A stretch of 62,325 nt of DNA, filler included, from Squatina squatina (taxonomy: Eukaryota), in the NCBI GenBank assembly GCA_031763465.1. It is 4 parts of 4 records of this genome, joined end to end, with 100 filler letters (N's around TTAATTAATTAA, not from the genome) between each part and the next. Parts side by side here need not be neighbours in the genome. Positions count along the whole stretch, not along the records: positions 33,112 to 48,292 come from JARFOE010605841.1; 3 more parts are not named here. The stretch is one strand, 5' to 3'. Shown one piece after another: positions 36,267 to 48,392 of the stretch. The notes below the pieces were generated by a model. That model had not been told where the DNA came from. It saw only the letters and a program-made list of their open reading frames with translations, and made no database searches. Within the stretch, counting starts at the first letter, position 1, and each line of letters begins with the position of its first letter. A program made the position numbers and the translations under genes.

Positions 36267-36990
36267 ATGATGGGACTCATCTACCTGTTGACAATTTCAG
36301 TAATTACTTTTTATGCAAATATTGGTGATGGACCCTCTCACCTATTGGTAATTTCAGTAATTACATTTTATATAAAGATTGGCGATGGGCCCCCCTACCT
36401 GCTGGTAATTTCAGTAATTACATTTTATATAAAGATTGGCGATGGTCCCCCCTACCTGCTGGTAATTTCAGTAATTACATTTTATATAAAGATTGGCGAT
36501 GGGCCCCCCGACCTGCTGGTAATTTCAGTAATTACATTTTATATAAAGATTGGTGATGGGCCCCTCTACCTGTTGGTAATTTCAGTAGTTACATTTTATA
36601 TAAAGATTGGTGATGGGCCCCCCTACCTGCTGGTAATTTCAGTAATTACCTTTTATATAAAGATTGGTGATGGGCCCCTCTACCTGTTGGTAATTTCAGT
36701 AATTACATTTTATATAAAGATTGGTGATGGGCTCTCCTACCTGCTGGTAATTTCAGTAGTTACATTTTATATAAAGATTGGTGATGGGCCCTCCTACCTG
36801 CTGGTAATTTCAGTAATTACATTTTATTTAAACATTGGCGATGTGTCCTCCTACCGGTTGGTAATTCCAGGAATTACTTTTTTGTGTAAAGATTGGTGAT
36901 GGAACCTCCTACCTGTTGATGATTTCAGTCATTACATTTTATATAAAGAATTGTGATGCTCCTTTTTACCTGTTCGTAATTTCAGTAGTT
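36267..36990. repeat. 57-bp minisatellite, ~12.5 copies
   Basis: Unit GGTGATGGGCCCCTCTACCTGYTGGTAATTTCAGTAATTACATTTTATATAAAGATT, starting at 36381, 36438, 36495, 36552 and so on. Confidence 0.97.
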
Positions 36991-37984
36991 CCTTATTTAC
37001 TCTCGACTGCTCAGTATCCTCCTCTCTGTGTTAAATATGTTTTGTGCCCTGTGGTCGTTTTCATCTTAAGCATTCCTGAAGTGATTTTCTCTCTAAAGGG
37101 AGCGGACCCTGTTTTTTTCAGGTAGTTTGACAATAAACCTCATTAAGGTGAACTTATTTCAGCTGAAACACAAGTTTCTGCCCCATTCCTCCCTGACAAA
37201 TTGATATTGCTACGTTAATCAATTGTTAATTATTTGCATTAATCAGGGATAAGTTTTATCTCCGAAGTTGTTCTGATCCTGTGACTGGATCGAGTTCATT
37301 CCGGCCTCAGCTAAACAGAGCCTGTTTTTCCAGATGCTCGGCAGAGAGCGATAATTGGTAGTGTTAACCCTTTACTGAGCTGAACTGTGTGTTCAGTCTG
37401 ACCTGTTGGTCCCACCTTTTATCAGGTAAATAAAAATGTGGGGGGCAAAATACGGTTCAGGGAGCGAAGCGCCATGCTCGCGCGTTACTATGAAAAAAAT
37501 AAAAGCTCATGCAAGGCGAAAGCATCATATTTCAAGCCCAGTTTACTGGATTGGCTATTTTAACATGAACTGTAGGTTAAATGACGAGGATGGGATAAAT
37601 CGCCAGAGTCCGTGTTCCCGCTTTCCATCTCGCAACCGCAACCAGGTGCGGGTCTCGCCCTGAACTCCCTGTGTGATAGGGACTGTTCTCAGTTCTGAGC
37701 CCACACTCACAAAATAGCTGCATCGCCGGTGCTGGGGATCATATCACACGGTGACAAACAGGCCTTAGAGAGGAAGAGCAAAGGGTGAAATGCAAAAATA
37801 AACACAGAAATGAAGTTACCTTAAAACCTCTATCCCGCAAGCATTGCTGGATATAGAAAGTGCCATTCCAGTGCTGTAGTTGGTATAAAGGTTGGATTTT
37901 CGTTATTTTCAGGGTGATTATCGGATGGTAATAAGCAAAAACGTCCCACATCAGAATGCAACTATTTATTTCTAATCATGTTTC

Positions 37985-38125
37985 TGTTTTATTTTGTTCT
38001 GATGAAGCTTCTTCAACCTGAAACGTTATCTCTGTTTCTGTCTCCACAGAGGTTGCCTGACCCGCTGAGTATTTCGAGCATTCTGTTTTTGTCTCCGATT
38101 CCAGGATCTGCAGTATTTTGTTTCT
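37985..38125 (+). mobile_element. Penelope-like element terminal fragment
   Basis: TTCTGATGAAG...ACCTGAAACGTT..CTCTGTTTCT..CTCCACAGAGGTTGCCTGACCCGCTGAGTATTTC. Confidence 0.65.
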
Positions 38126-38547
38126 GTAGTAATAAATATCCCCACCCTGGTATAGATGTGTCTGAAGAGAAACTGTTTGAGGACAGATTGTGCTGGCAAT
38201 TTCTAGGGGAACATCACGATTGTTACACTCTCTCTCATTTCCTTCTTACTTTAACTAGGATAAAAGATTCACTCTGATGGGAGGCACAGCCTGAAGAGGA
38301 GGCCACAAACATCGCCCAGTACTGGTCTTCCTTTGAGGTCCCCCACAATAAATCTTCCATTTCTTCCTTATTTCAATCTTTCGTTAGTTTAAGCTGTGAG
38401 CTTTATATTGCAACAAAACATTGATGCCAATAAGTCTATGTCAGTAATTTTACTGTCAAATGAACAGTGTGGGTAATTGTGGTGTTTAAAGCGATAGAAG
38501 TAGGTGTAGTACTGATACAGATATTTTGTCTGGTGGGAGTATCCAGA

Positions 38548-39600
38548 TTCACAGTGCAACTGCAACCTGCCAGTTGTATGTAAGGATTCACAGTGTATCA
38601 GGATCCTGCCAGGTGTGTCTGGGGTTTCACAGTGTATCAGGATCCTGCCAGGTGTGTCTGGGGTTTCACAGTGTATCAGGATCCTGCCTAGTGTGTCTGG
38701 GGTTTACACAGTGTATCAGGATCCTGCCAGTTGTATGTGAGGATTCACAGTGTATCAGGATCCTGCCAGGTGTGTCTGGGGTTTACACAGTGTATCAGGA
38801 TCCTGCCAGTTGTACATGGGGCTTCATAGTTTTTCAGGAACCAACCAGGAATGTCGGGAGTTTCAAAGAGTATCAGGATCCTGCCAGGTGTGTATGGGGT
38901 TTAACAGTGTGTGTGGATTTTTCCAGGATTGTCTGGAGTTTCACAGTGTATCAGGATCCTGCGGTGTGTGTACGGGGTTTCACAGCGTACCAAGGTTCTG
39001 CCAGGTATGTAAGGGGTTTCACAGTTTATCAGGAGGCTGCCCAGTGTTTTTGGTGTTATACAGCATACCAGGAACATGCAAGGTTTTTATGGGCTTTCGC
39101 AGTGTATCACGTTCCTGCCAGTTGTGTCTGCAGTTTCAGTGTCTCAGGATCCTGCCGCGCGTGTGTGGGTTTTCACAGTATATCAGGATCTTGCCTGGTG
39201 TGTCTGGGGTTCCTCAGTGTATCAGGAACCTGCCAGGTGTGTCTGCGGTTTCACAGTGTAACAGTATCATGCCTTATATGCATGGGGTTCCACACTGTAT
39301 CAGGATGCTGCCAGGAGTGTCTGAGCTTTCACAGTATATCAGGATCCTGTCGTCTGTGTATAGTGCCTCACAGTATATCAGGATCCTGCCAGGTGTGTAT
39401 GGGCTTTCACAGGATGTCAGGATCCTCCCTCGTGTTCATGGCCTTTCACTGATTTTCAGGATCGAACCAGGAATGTCTGCATGTTCACAGTGTCTCGGGA
39501 ACCCGCCTCCATTGTATGGAGTTTCACAGTGTATCAGGATCCTGTGAGCAGTGTATCGGGTTTCAAACTCTATCAGGTTCCATCCAGGTGTGTATGGGTT
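38548..39600. repeat. 39-bp tandem repeat, left arm (~27 units)
   Basis: Unit CAGTGTATCAGGATCCTGCCAGGTGTGTCTGGGGTTTCA (38591, 38630, ...), more diverged towards the right. Confidence 0.95.
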
Positions 39601-39602
39601 TT

Positions 39603-39735
39603 GATAGATTTCTGGATATTAAAGACATCAGGAAAATGACGTGAGGTAGAAGATCAGCCATGATGTAGTTGAATGGCAGAGCAGGCTCGAGGGGCCGAAT
39701 GGCCTTCTCCTGCCCTTATTTCTTATGTTCTTATT
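39603..39735 (+). mobile_element. CR1 3' tail inserted into the tandem array
   Basis: GATCAGCCATGAT...GAATGGCAGAGCAGGCTCGAGGGGCCGAATGGCCT...TTTCTTATGTTCTTAT. Confidence 0.88.
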
Positions 39736-39746
39736 TTCGTACGTTA

Positions 39747-40590
39747 TCAGTGTATCAGAATCCTACCAGGAGTGTCTGGAGTTTCACAGTGTCTCTGGAT
39801 CCTGCCAGGTGTCTCTGGGGTTTCAGTGTCTCTGGATCCTGCCAGGTGTCTCTGGGGTTTCAGTGTCTCGGGATACTGCCAGGTGTCTCTGGGGTTTCAG
39901 TGTCTTTGGATTCTCCAGGTGTCTCTGTGGTTTCAGTGTCTCTGGGGTTTCACAGTGTATCAGAATCCTGCCAGGTGTCTCTGGGGTTTCAGTGTCTCTG
40001 GATACTGCCAGGTGTCTCTGCGGTTTCAGTGTCTCTGGATCCTGTCAGGTGTCTCTGGGGTTTCAGTGTCTCTGGATCCTGCCAGGTGTCTCCGGGGTTT
40101 CAGTGTCTCTGGATCCTGCCAGGTGTCTCTGGGGTTTCACAATGTCCCTGGATCCTGCCAGGTGTCTCTGGGGTTTCAGTGTCTCTGGGGTTTCACAGTG
40201 TCTCTGAGGTTTCAGTGTCTCTGGTGTTTCACAATGTCTCTGCATCCTGCCAGGTGTCTCTGGGGTTTCAGTGTCTTTGGATCCTGCCAGGTGTCTCTGG
40301 GGTTTCACAGTGTCCCTGGATCCTGCCAGATGTCTCTGGGGTTTCAGTGTCTCTGGGGTTTCAGTGTCTATGGGGTTTCACAGTTTCTCTGCATCATGCC
40401 AGGTGTGTCTGGGGTTTCACAGTGTCTCTGGATCCTGCCAGGTGTGTCTGGGGTTTCACAGTGTCTCTGGATCCTGCCAGGTGTGTCTGGGGTTTCACAG
40501 TGTCTCGGGATACTGCCAGGTGTGTCTGGGGTTTCAGTGTCTCTGGATCCTGCCAAGTGTGTCTGTGGTTTCAGTGTATCAGATCATGCT
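39747..40590. repeat. 37/39-bp tandem repeat, right arm (variant unit)
   Basis: Unit CAGTGTCTCTGGATCCTGCCAGGTGTCTCTGGGGTTT(CA), with interspersed half-units. Confidence 0.95.
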
Positions 40591-40639
40591 AGATGTTTGT
40601 GTGACAATACCACCAATTAAGATTTTCTCCTGCACTGCA

Positions 40640-42760
40640 GTTTAAATCGTCTAATCCCGTTGATACTTTCTAAGTGTCCTGTTATTACATCCTTTATAGC
40701 ATTTTCCCTACTACTGTTGTTACGTTAACTGGTCTGTCACTCCGTTTTCTCTCTCCCTCCTTTTTTAAATCGTGGGGTTACATTTGCCATCCTCCAATCT
40801 GCAGGAACTGTTCCAGAATCTACAGGATTTTAGAAGATGACAACCAATGCATCCACTATTTCCATGGCCACCTCCTTTTGTACTCTTGTGTGTAGATTAT
40901 CAGGCCCTGGGGATTTGTCGGCTTTCAGTCCTATTAATTTCCCCAGCACTTTTTTTGCTCATATTGGTTTCCTTCAGTTCTTCCCTCTCACTAGACCCTT
41001 TGTTTCCTAAAATTTCTGGGAAGTTATTTGTGTCCTCTTTTGTGAAGGCAGGACCAAAGTATATATTTAATTGCTCAGCCATTTCCTTGTTCCCGATTAT
41101 AAATTCCCCCGTTTCTGACTGTAAGGGACCTACATTTGTCTTCACTAATCTTTCTCTTTTAACATATTTGTACAAGCTTCTACAATCCGCTTTTATGTTC
41201 CTTGCAAGTTTACTCTCATACTCTCTTTTTCCCCTCTTAATCTCTTGGCCCTCCTTTGCTGAAATCCAAACCTGCTCCCAATCCTCAGACTTGCTGCTTT
41301 TTCTGGTCACTTTATATGACTACTCTTTGGACCTAATACGATCCTTAATTTATTTTGTAAGCTACGGTTGAGCCACCTTTCCTGTTTCGTTTTTGTGCCA
41401 GACAGGAATGCATAATTTTTGCAATTCATGCATACGATCTTTAATTATTTGCTATTGCCTATCCACCATCGTCTCTTAATAAATTTCCCCATCATAGCCA
41501 ACTCGCCCCTCATCCCTTTGTAACTTCCTTTATTTAGATGTAGGACTCTAGTTTCTGATTCAACAACTTCATGACATTATAGAATTCTACGTTAAGATGG
41601 AAAGTGGTCACTCTTCCCTAAAGGACCCCGCACAACAAGATTGTTAATTAACCCCTTCTCATTGTACAGTACCAAGTCTAGGATAGCCTGTTCCCTCGTT
41701 GGTTCCTCAACGTATTGGTCTAATAAATCATCTCATACACACTTCAGGAATTCATCCTCCACAGTATTATTGCTAATTTGGCTGGGCCAATCTATATGTA
41801 AATTAAAGTCACCCATGATTACTGTTGGACCCTTATTAAATGCATCTCTAATTCCCTGTATAATGCCATCCCCTAGATTCCCACTGCTGTTTAGAGGCCT
41901 ATAAATAACTCCGACCAACGTTTTCTGCCCTTTGGTGCTTCTTAGCTCCACCCAGACTGATTCTACATCTTGATTTTCTGAGCCAATATCGTTTCTCACT
42001 ATTGCACTGATTCCATCTTTCACACACAATGCCACCCTTTTCCTTTTTGCCTGTCCTTCTTAAATATCGAATACCCTTGGCTATTCAGCTCCCTGCTTTG
42101 GTCACCCTGCAGCCATGTCTCCGTAATCGCAACTATATCATACCCGTTTACATTTATTTGCGCTGTTACTTCATCTACCTTATTGCAAATGCTTCGTGCA
42201 TTAAGGCACACTACCTTTAGACTAGTCTTTAACATTTTTAAAATTCTAAACTTTTTTGTACTAAAACCCTATTTGCTCCTCTCCCTTGTTTCCCCTTTTG
42301 CTTTCTACTTTTCTGTCTTTTATTTCTCTCCTTGTTTCCCTCTCCTCTCCTCGGTCTCCCTTCTCCAGTTACCATCCCCCTGCCATTCTCGTTTGAACCC
42401 TCAACAGTGCTAGCAAACACCCCCCCGCGAGGATATCGGTCCCAGTCCTGCTTGGGTGTATTCCCTCCAGCTTGTACAGGTTCCTCCTTCCCAGAACCGG
42501 TCCCAATGCCTCAGGATACTAAATCCCTCCCTCCTACACCATCTCTCCAGCCACACATTCATCTGATCTATCTTCCTATTTCTGCTCTCACTAGCACATG
42601 GAACTGGAAGTAATCCTTAGCTTACTACCTTTGAGGTCATGCTTTTTAATTTATCTCCTAATTCAGCATGCAGGACCTCATCCCTTTTTTAACTACCTCG
42701 TTGGTGCCGATATGTACCATGATCACTGGCTGTTCCTCCTCCCCATCCAGAATGCCCTGG
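40640..42760 (-). mobile_element. CR1 LINE: end of ORF1, endonuclease and start of RT
   Basis: LNARSICNK, YDIVAITETWL, VGVIYRP, VIMGDFNLHIDW and KTNVGPLQSETGE. Confidence 0.93.
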
Positions 42761-42797
42761 AGTTCAACTTCCGCTAATATTAAGAGCAATATCTAAT

Positions 42798-43523
42798 GTC
42801 CCTAAAATTGCAATCTCCCTGGGTGGGAACGATGTTCCCACGCACCAGGGTAGAAATCGCAAAAGCCTGTTATGGGCCTGTTCATCGTACACCTGTATAA
42901 CTGGCATAAACTTCTGGACAGATCCAACGCTGAGGCTGCGAAGCCCATCCCAAGTGCTGAGATTTGAGACATTTTTGCAATACTTGCACTGGGGATCTCT
43001 TCAAAAATTTTTTACACATGGTAAAACCGAACAGATCTCCTTGGCTTTACCACTGTAATAAATGTTAAATTTTAATTCAAAAAAATTAATGAGACATTAC
43101 TTTAAAAACATACTGGGAATGGTTTGAAACATTAAAAGATCGGTTATTAAATTTCAAAAAGTGTTATTTATCTCCCTTTTTATTGAATTTTCATGTTAGA
43201 ATAGTTTTTAAAATGTTGTGATGTTTGTTTTTCATCTTTTATTGAAGTTTTAACAGTTCTTTACAGATCGCTGTGAACTTTCAAAACTTCAATAAAATAT
43301 ACACCTACCTGATTGGCTGGGGGCTCCCACGTGGCCTCTCCAGACTCTTAGATTGACTTGCCCGGGAAACAAGAGAGCCCCGCTCCGAATTTCCAACTGC
43401 GGGGGGAGGCGGTGTGGCTGAAGATCAAACTCCCGTGGATCCAGGATGCTTAGGTAAGTGTGTAACCTTTTTGTGATTGGAGGCATCCGCACGCAGGAAG
43501 CCTCCAATCGCAATTTCAGGGCC
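42798..43523 (+). mobile_element. Full-length ~725-bp MITE of the same family as 12174-13553
   Basis: Ends GTCCCTAAAATTGCAATCTCCC and GCAGGAAGCCTCCAATCGCAATTTCAGGGCC. Shares the internal ACCTACCTGATTGGCTGGGG. Confidence 0.85.
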
Positions 43524-43924
43524 AGTATTTTGAATGATGGAACTTTAAACAGCATGTATTTTTGGAATATCTTTGCAAACTTACAATCTCAGTTAACGCC
43601 ATCAATATACAAGTGGCAGATTTTTCTGCTGTTTTGCAATTATAATTCTCCACTTGTGCGCATGTCTCGCTGTGTGAGTGCCCACGCCTGTGCGTCCAAT
43701 CAGATTATCAGTCAGCGACCTTTCCTTCCCCCACTGGATATGTAAAAGCGATTCAGTCCCAGATCAATAATTTAAACCATAGTTCATTTTTTTCACTGGG
43801 GTTAGTTTATAACCAAGTTTGTGACTTTGCAAATGTAATTATCTGCTCTTAGTGATAGTAGCATAATAAACATAACAAGAACTTGCCTTTATATAGTGCT
43901 TTAACATTGTAAAATATTTGGGTA

Positions 43925-45085
43925 GCAGGTTAACTGAAACAGGACGAAGATGGATTCAACAGAAATTGTTGGAAATAATTAGCTGGTCAGACAGCATATG
44001 TGGATTATGAGAAATAAATAGAGTTAATGTTTTAGGTCCATGGCCCTTAGTCAGAGCTGGAAAAGGTTTTAAAGCAAGTACAGAGACAAGGCAAGAGAGA
44101 GGGGAAAAGAACAAAAGGGAAGGTCAGCAGAATCAGTATCAGCAGCTGCCGCCTGAAAAAAATGGAACAGCAGTAATCTTCAGAAATTGTTCAACTCAGT
44201 GTTGGGTCCAGCAGGCTGCAACGTGCGTACTCAAAAGGTGAAGTACTGTTTATTGAGCTTCATTGGAACAGTGGAGGACGGCAAGTACAGAAAATTCAGA
44301 GTGAGTGGGGCAGACAATTAAAATGAGAGGCGATCAGAAGCTTAGGTTTAAGGTTGCTCACTCAATGTGAGCAGCAAAGACAGCCTACTAAATGGAAAGA
44401 AGTGCAAGGAAATCGTTGTTTTACCTGGAAGTAGTGTTTGGCACTCCGGCATGTGGGAAGGGAAGATGTAAAAGTGCAGGTTTGCATCTCCTGCACTTGC
44501 ACGGGAAGTTACCGTGGGTTGTGAAAGAGAAGGTTGGGATGATTGGAATGTGGGCCAGGGTGTCCGCAAGGGACTCTCCCTATGGAATGCTGAAAGTGGA
44601 GGGGAGCGGTCAATGTGTTGGGCAGTGGCATCACGCTGAAGGTGGCGGAAGATGATCTGTTGAGTGTGGAGGCTGGTGGGGTGGAAGGTGGAAGGAGGAC
44701 ATGAGAAACCCGATCGTGGTTCTAGGAGCGAGGATAATTCGTGATGGGAGAACTGCAGGAAATGGGACAGGCACAGTGGAGGGCCCTGTCAACCACGGTA
44801 GAGGGGAATCCTAAGCTTATAAAAAAGGAAGACATGTCAGAAGCATTGGTGTGGAAGGTGGCATTGTCAGAAAAGATTGCGTTGGATAAGAAATAACAGG
44901 GAGAATGGAATAGATTCCATACAGGAAGCGGGGTAGGAAGAAGTGTAGTCAAGGAAGCTGTGGGAGTCAGTGTGTTTATAGAAGACATTGGTCGATAGAC
45001 TATGTCCAAAAATGTGGATTGAGAAATCGAGGAAGGGAAGCAAAGAGGGAGAGATGGCAGGAGAGAGAAGGGTGCAAGTTGGAAG
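43925..45085 (-). mobile_element. Penelope-like retroelement (RT C-terminus and GIY-YIG region, decayed)
   Basis: LPFLDFSI...YKHTDSHSFLDYTSSYPASCMESIPFS and FHTNASDMSSFF...GFPSTVVDRAL. Confidence 0.85.
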
Positions 45086-45089
45086 CAAG

Positions 45090-45780
45090 GAAGATGGATA
45101 AATTTATGGCAGTGGAAGTGATCAGGCTTGGGGATGGAGAGAATGTGGTTTCAGAATCTCAGGTTGGGGTCATTGAGTGAGGTTATGAAAATTTGTGCAA
45201 CCTCAGACATTGTCTGAGACGGGAATGGAATCACTCGCGAGGGAGCAGAGTTTGCACTGGGAACCAAATACGTGGCTTTGGTCTTGGCAATGTTTAACTG
45301 CAGGATTCTAGGTCATGCAAGACTGTTTCTTTGATAAGCAGGCTTACAATGGAGGACGTGGAGCGATCGGAGGAGGCAGTGGTGATGTAGAGCAGAGATT
45401 TACCATCATTGTCAAACCTGACCACGTCTGTTGCCGGGGGGCAGGATGGCGATGAGGAGGAGGATCAATGGGGGTCTCTAGAGGTAATGGTGCGGTGGCG
45501 GCAAGAGATGTCATTGCCACATACGCTCTGGCTACGACTGGATTGGTAAAAGTGGAATCAAGAGAAGGGCAGCCCACAGAGCGGGACAATGGCTGAGCGA
45601 CATTGGTGGAGGATGGTTTTGGTCAATGGTGTCAAAGGATTCAGAGATGTGAAAAGGTCAAGGAGGGACAGTTTACGACTGAGGGTGATAATAGTGACTT
45701 GGTTAATAAAATTTCACTGCAGTTCTAGGGGAAAATCTGATTGAAATATGGTGTCATAAAGAATATTAAGCAGGAAATTG
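45090..45780 (-). mobile_element. Old L2-type LINE RT remnant
   Basis: Weak decayed similarity, e.g. reverse complement CCTTGACC...CCTTTGACACCATTGACCA (LD...FDTID). Confidence 0.5.
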
Positions 45781-46149
45781 GTAGTAGAGAAAACAGAGAT
45801 AATAACAGATTGGCGATGGAGATACAGATGTCTAATTCTCCATCCAAGTGTCATTCACCAAAAGCTCTCCTGAAATGCACACTCCTCATTTGTGATTTCT
45901 TGTAGGCACAGTTAAATTCATTTCACTTTTACAGACGACGCCGTGGGCTCAGGCTGGTTAATAATTGCAAGGCGTCTGGAAACCTCCTGCTCTACCCGTG
46001 GAGTTCTCTTTCTGCAGACTACAGAATTATTGAAATGCATCCAATATTTATCTCTACAGTACAGCTTCAGATTAGGTGGCATGGTCATCATCGCTTTCTC
46101 AGCAGTGGAGTTCTGTGAGCTTGAGTTAACCCTCTCAGGCCTGGCACTG

Positions 46150-47049
46150 TTGGCTCACTGATGTTCCTTCATTCCAGTGACCCACTCATTCAGCGAAATC
46201 TCATTGACACAGTTCCAAAGCAGCTTCCCACTGACCCACACCAAAGCAAAGAGCCCACTGACCCAGCTGCTCACCAACACCCCACTGGCACAGCCCTACA
46301 GAAATACCCCATTGACCGAGCCCCATACTAACATCAAACTGACCCAGACATACAAAAACATCCGACTGACACAGCACTGCACCTCACCTCACTGAACCAG
46401 ACTTCCACCAAAACCTCACTGACCCTGACCTACACCGAAACCTCAATAACCCAGACCTACTCTGATACCCCTCTGATCCAGTCCCACACCTCACTTTCCG
46501 TACCCTTTACAATACTGACCCAGCCCCACATTCCACTGACACAGGCCTACATCACACTGGTTTAGTCCTACACCACGCTGACCCATCTCCACACTCCGCT
46601 GACCCAGCACCGCACCCCATAGACAGAACCCCGCCCCCCAGTGACCCAGCCCCGTCCCCCCAACTGAACCAGCATTGCACCACAGGGACCTAGCCCCTCA
46701 TCACACTGACCCAGTCGTACACGGACACTCCATAGATTCAGCCCTTCACACCACTGCCCCAGCCCTACTCCGACACCCCACTGATCCCACCCAACAGCCT
46801 ACTGAACAACCCCAGTATTTCACTGAATCTACCCTATACCTCCATGAACCAGCCCCACAAATCCTTCGTCCCAGTCCGACACCGGCACCCCAGCGACACA
46901 CCATACTCACCACTGACAAGCCAAACATCGAAACCCCACGACCCAGTCACACACTCAGCTGAGTCAGACCCACAGACCCGGCCCCAATCAGACAACGCAC
47001 AGACCCACACTCCACTGACATAGCCCCACACTCCACTGACACTCCATTG
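46150..47049. repeat. Degenerate C/A-rich tandem repeat
   Basis: Recurrent CACTGACCCAG-like motif at roughly 20-27-bp spacing. Confidence 0.8.
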
Positions 47050-48292
47050 ACATAGAAACATAGAAAATCGGAGCAGGACTCGGCCATTCAGCTCTTCAAG
47101 CCTGCTCTGCCATTCAATAGGATCATGGCTCGTCATCCAAATTCAATACCCTGTTCCTGCTTTCTCTCCATATCCTTTGATTTCTTTAGCCAAAATAACT
47201 ATATCTAACTCCCTCTTGAATATATTTAATGATTTGGCCTGAACTGCTTTCTGTGGTAGAGCATTCCACAGGTTCACTACCCTCTGTGTGAAAAAATTCC
47301 TCTTCATCTCAGCCCTAAATGGCCCAGCTCGTATCCTTAGACTGTGGCCCCTGTTTCTGGATTTTCCCACCATCGGCAACAGCCTTCCTGCACCTAGTCT
47401 GTCCAGTCCTGTCAGAATTTTATAAGTTTCAATGAGATCCCCTCTCATTCTTCTAAATTCTAGTGAATACAAGCCTAATGGACCCAATCTCTGTACATAC
47501 GTCAGTCCTGCAATCCAAGGAATCAGTCTGGTGAACCTTCGTTGCACTCCCTCCATAGCAACAACATCCTTCCTCAGATAAGGAGACCAAAGCTCTGCTC
47601 CATAGTCAAGGTGTGGCCTCACCAAGGCCCTGTATAATTGCAGTAAGACATCCCTGCTCCTGTACTCGAATCCTTTCGTGCCATTTGCCTTCTTAACCGC
47701 CTGCTGCACCTGTATGCCTACTTTCAGCGACTGGCGTACAAAGACACCCAGGTCTCATTGCACCTCCCCCTTTCCTAATATATCTCCGTTCAGATAGTAA
47801 TCTGCCTTCCTATTTTTGCATCACATTTATCCACATTATAATGCATCTGCCATGCATTTGCCCACTCACTCAATCTGTCCGAATCACCTTGGAGCGTCTT
47901 TGTGTCCTCCTCACATCTCACACTCCCACCCAGCTTTGTGTCGTCTGAAAACTTGGAGAGATTACATTTAATTCCCTCATCTAAAATCATTAATATATAT
48001 TGTAAATAACTGAGGTCATAGCACTGAACCCTGTGGTACCCCACTAGTCACTGCCTGCCATTCGGAATAGGACCCATTTATTCCTACTCTTTGTTTCATG
48101 TCTGCCAACCATGTCCATATGAATATATTACCCCCGATCCCATGGGATTTAATTTTGCACGCTAATCTCTTATGTGGGACCTTGTCGAAAGCCTTCTGAA
48201 AGTCCAAATACACCGCATCCACTGGTTCTCCCTTATCCACTCTACTAGTTACATCCTCAAAAAATTCCAGTAGATTTGTCAAGCATGATTTC
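47050..48292 (-). mobile_element. Young CR1 LINE RT and 3' end, truncated by the scaffold end
   Basis: VYLDFQKAFDKVPH, SGVPQGSVL, FSDDTKL and FFTQRVVNLWNALP, with a CATAGAAACATAGAAA tail. Confidence 0.96.
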
Positions 48293-48392
48293 NNNNNNNN
48301 NNNNNNNNNNNNNNNNNNNNNNNNNNNNNNNNNNNNTTAATTAATTAANNNNNNNNNNNNNNNNNNNNNNNNNNNNNNNNNNNNNNNNNNNN
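48293..48392. other. Artificial scaffold-concatenation linker
   Basis: N44-TTAATTAATTAA-N44. Confidence 0.95.

Noticed and set aside
36267-40590. Tandem arrays as CRISPR arrays
   Set aside because: The units are contiguous with no unique spacers, there are no cas genes, and the context is vertebrate.
38526-40645. 300-aa Cys-rich ORFs as real genes
   Set aside because: Several overlapping frames are open only because the repeat unit lacks stops, and frames swap at unit indels.
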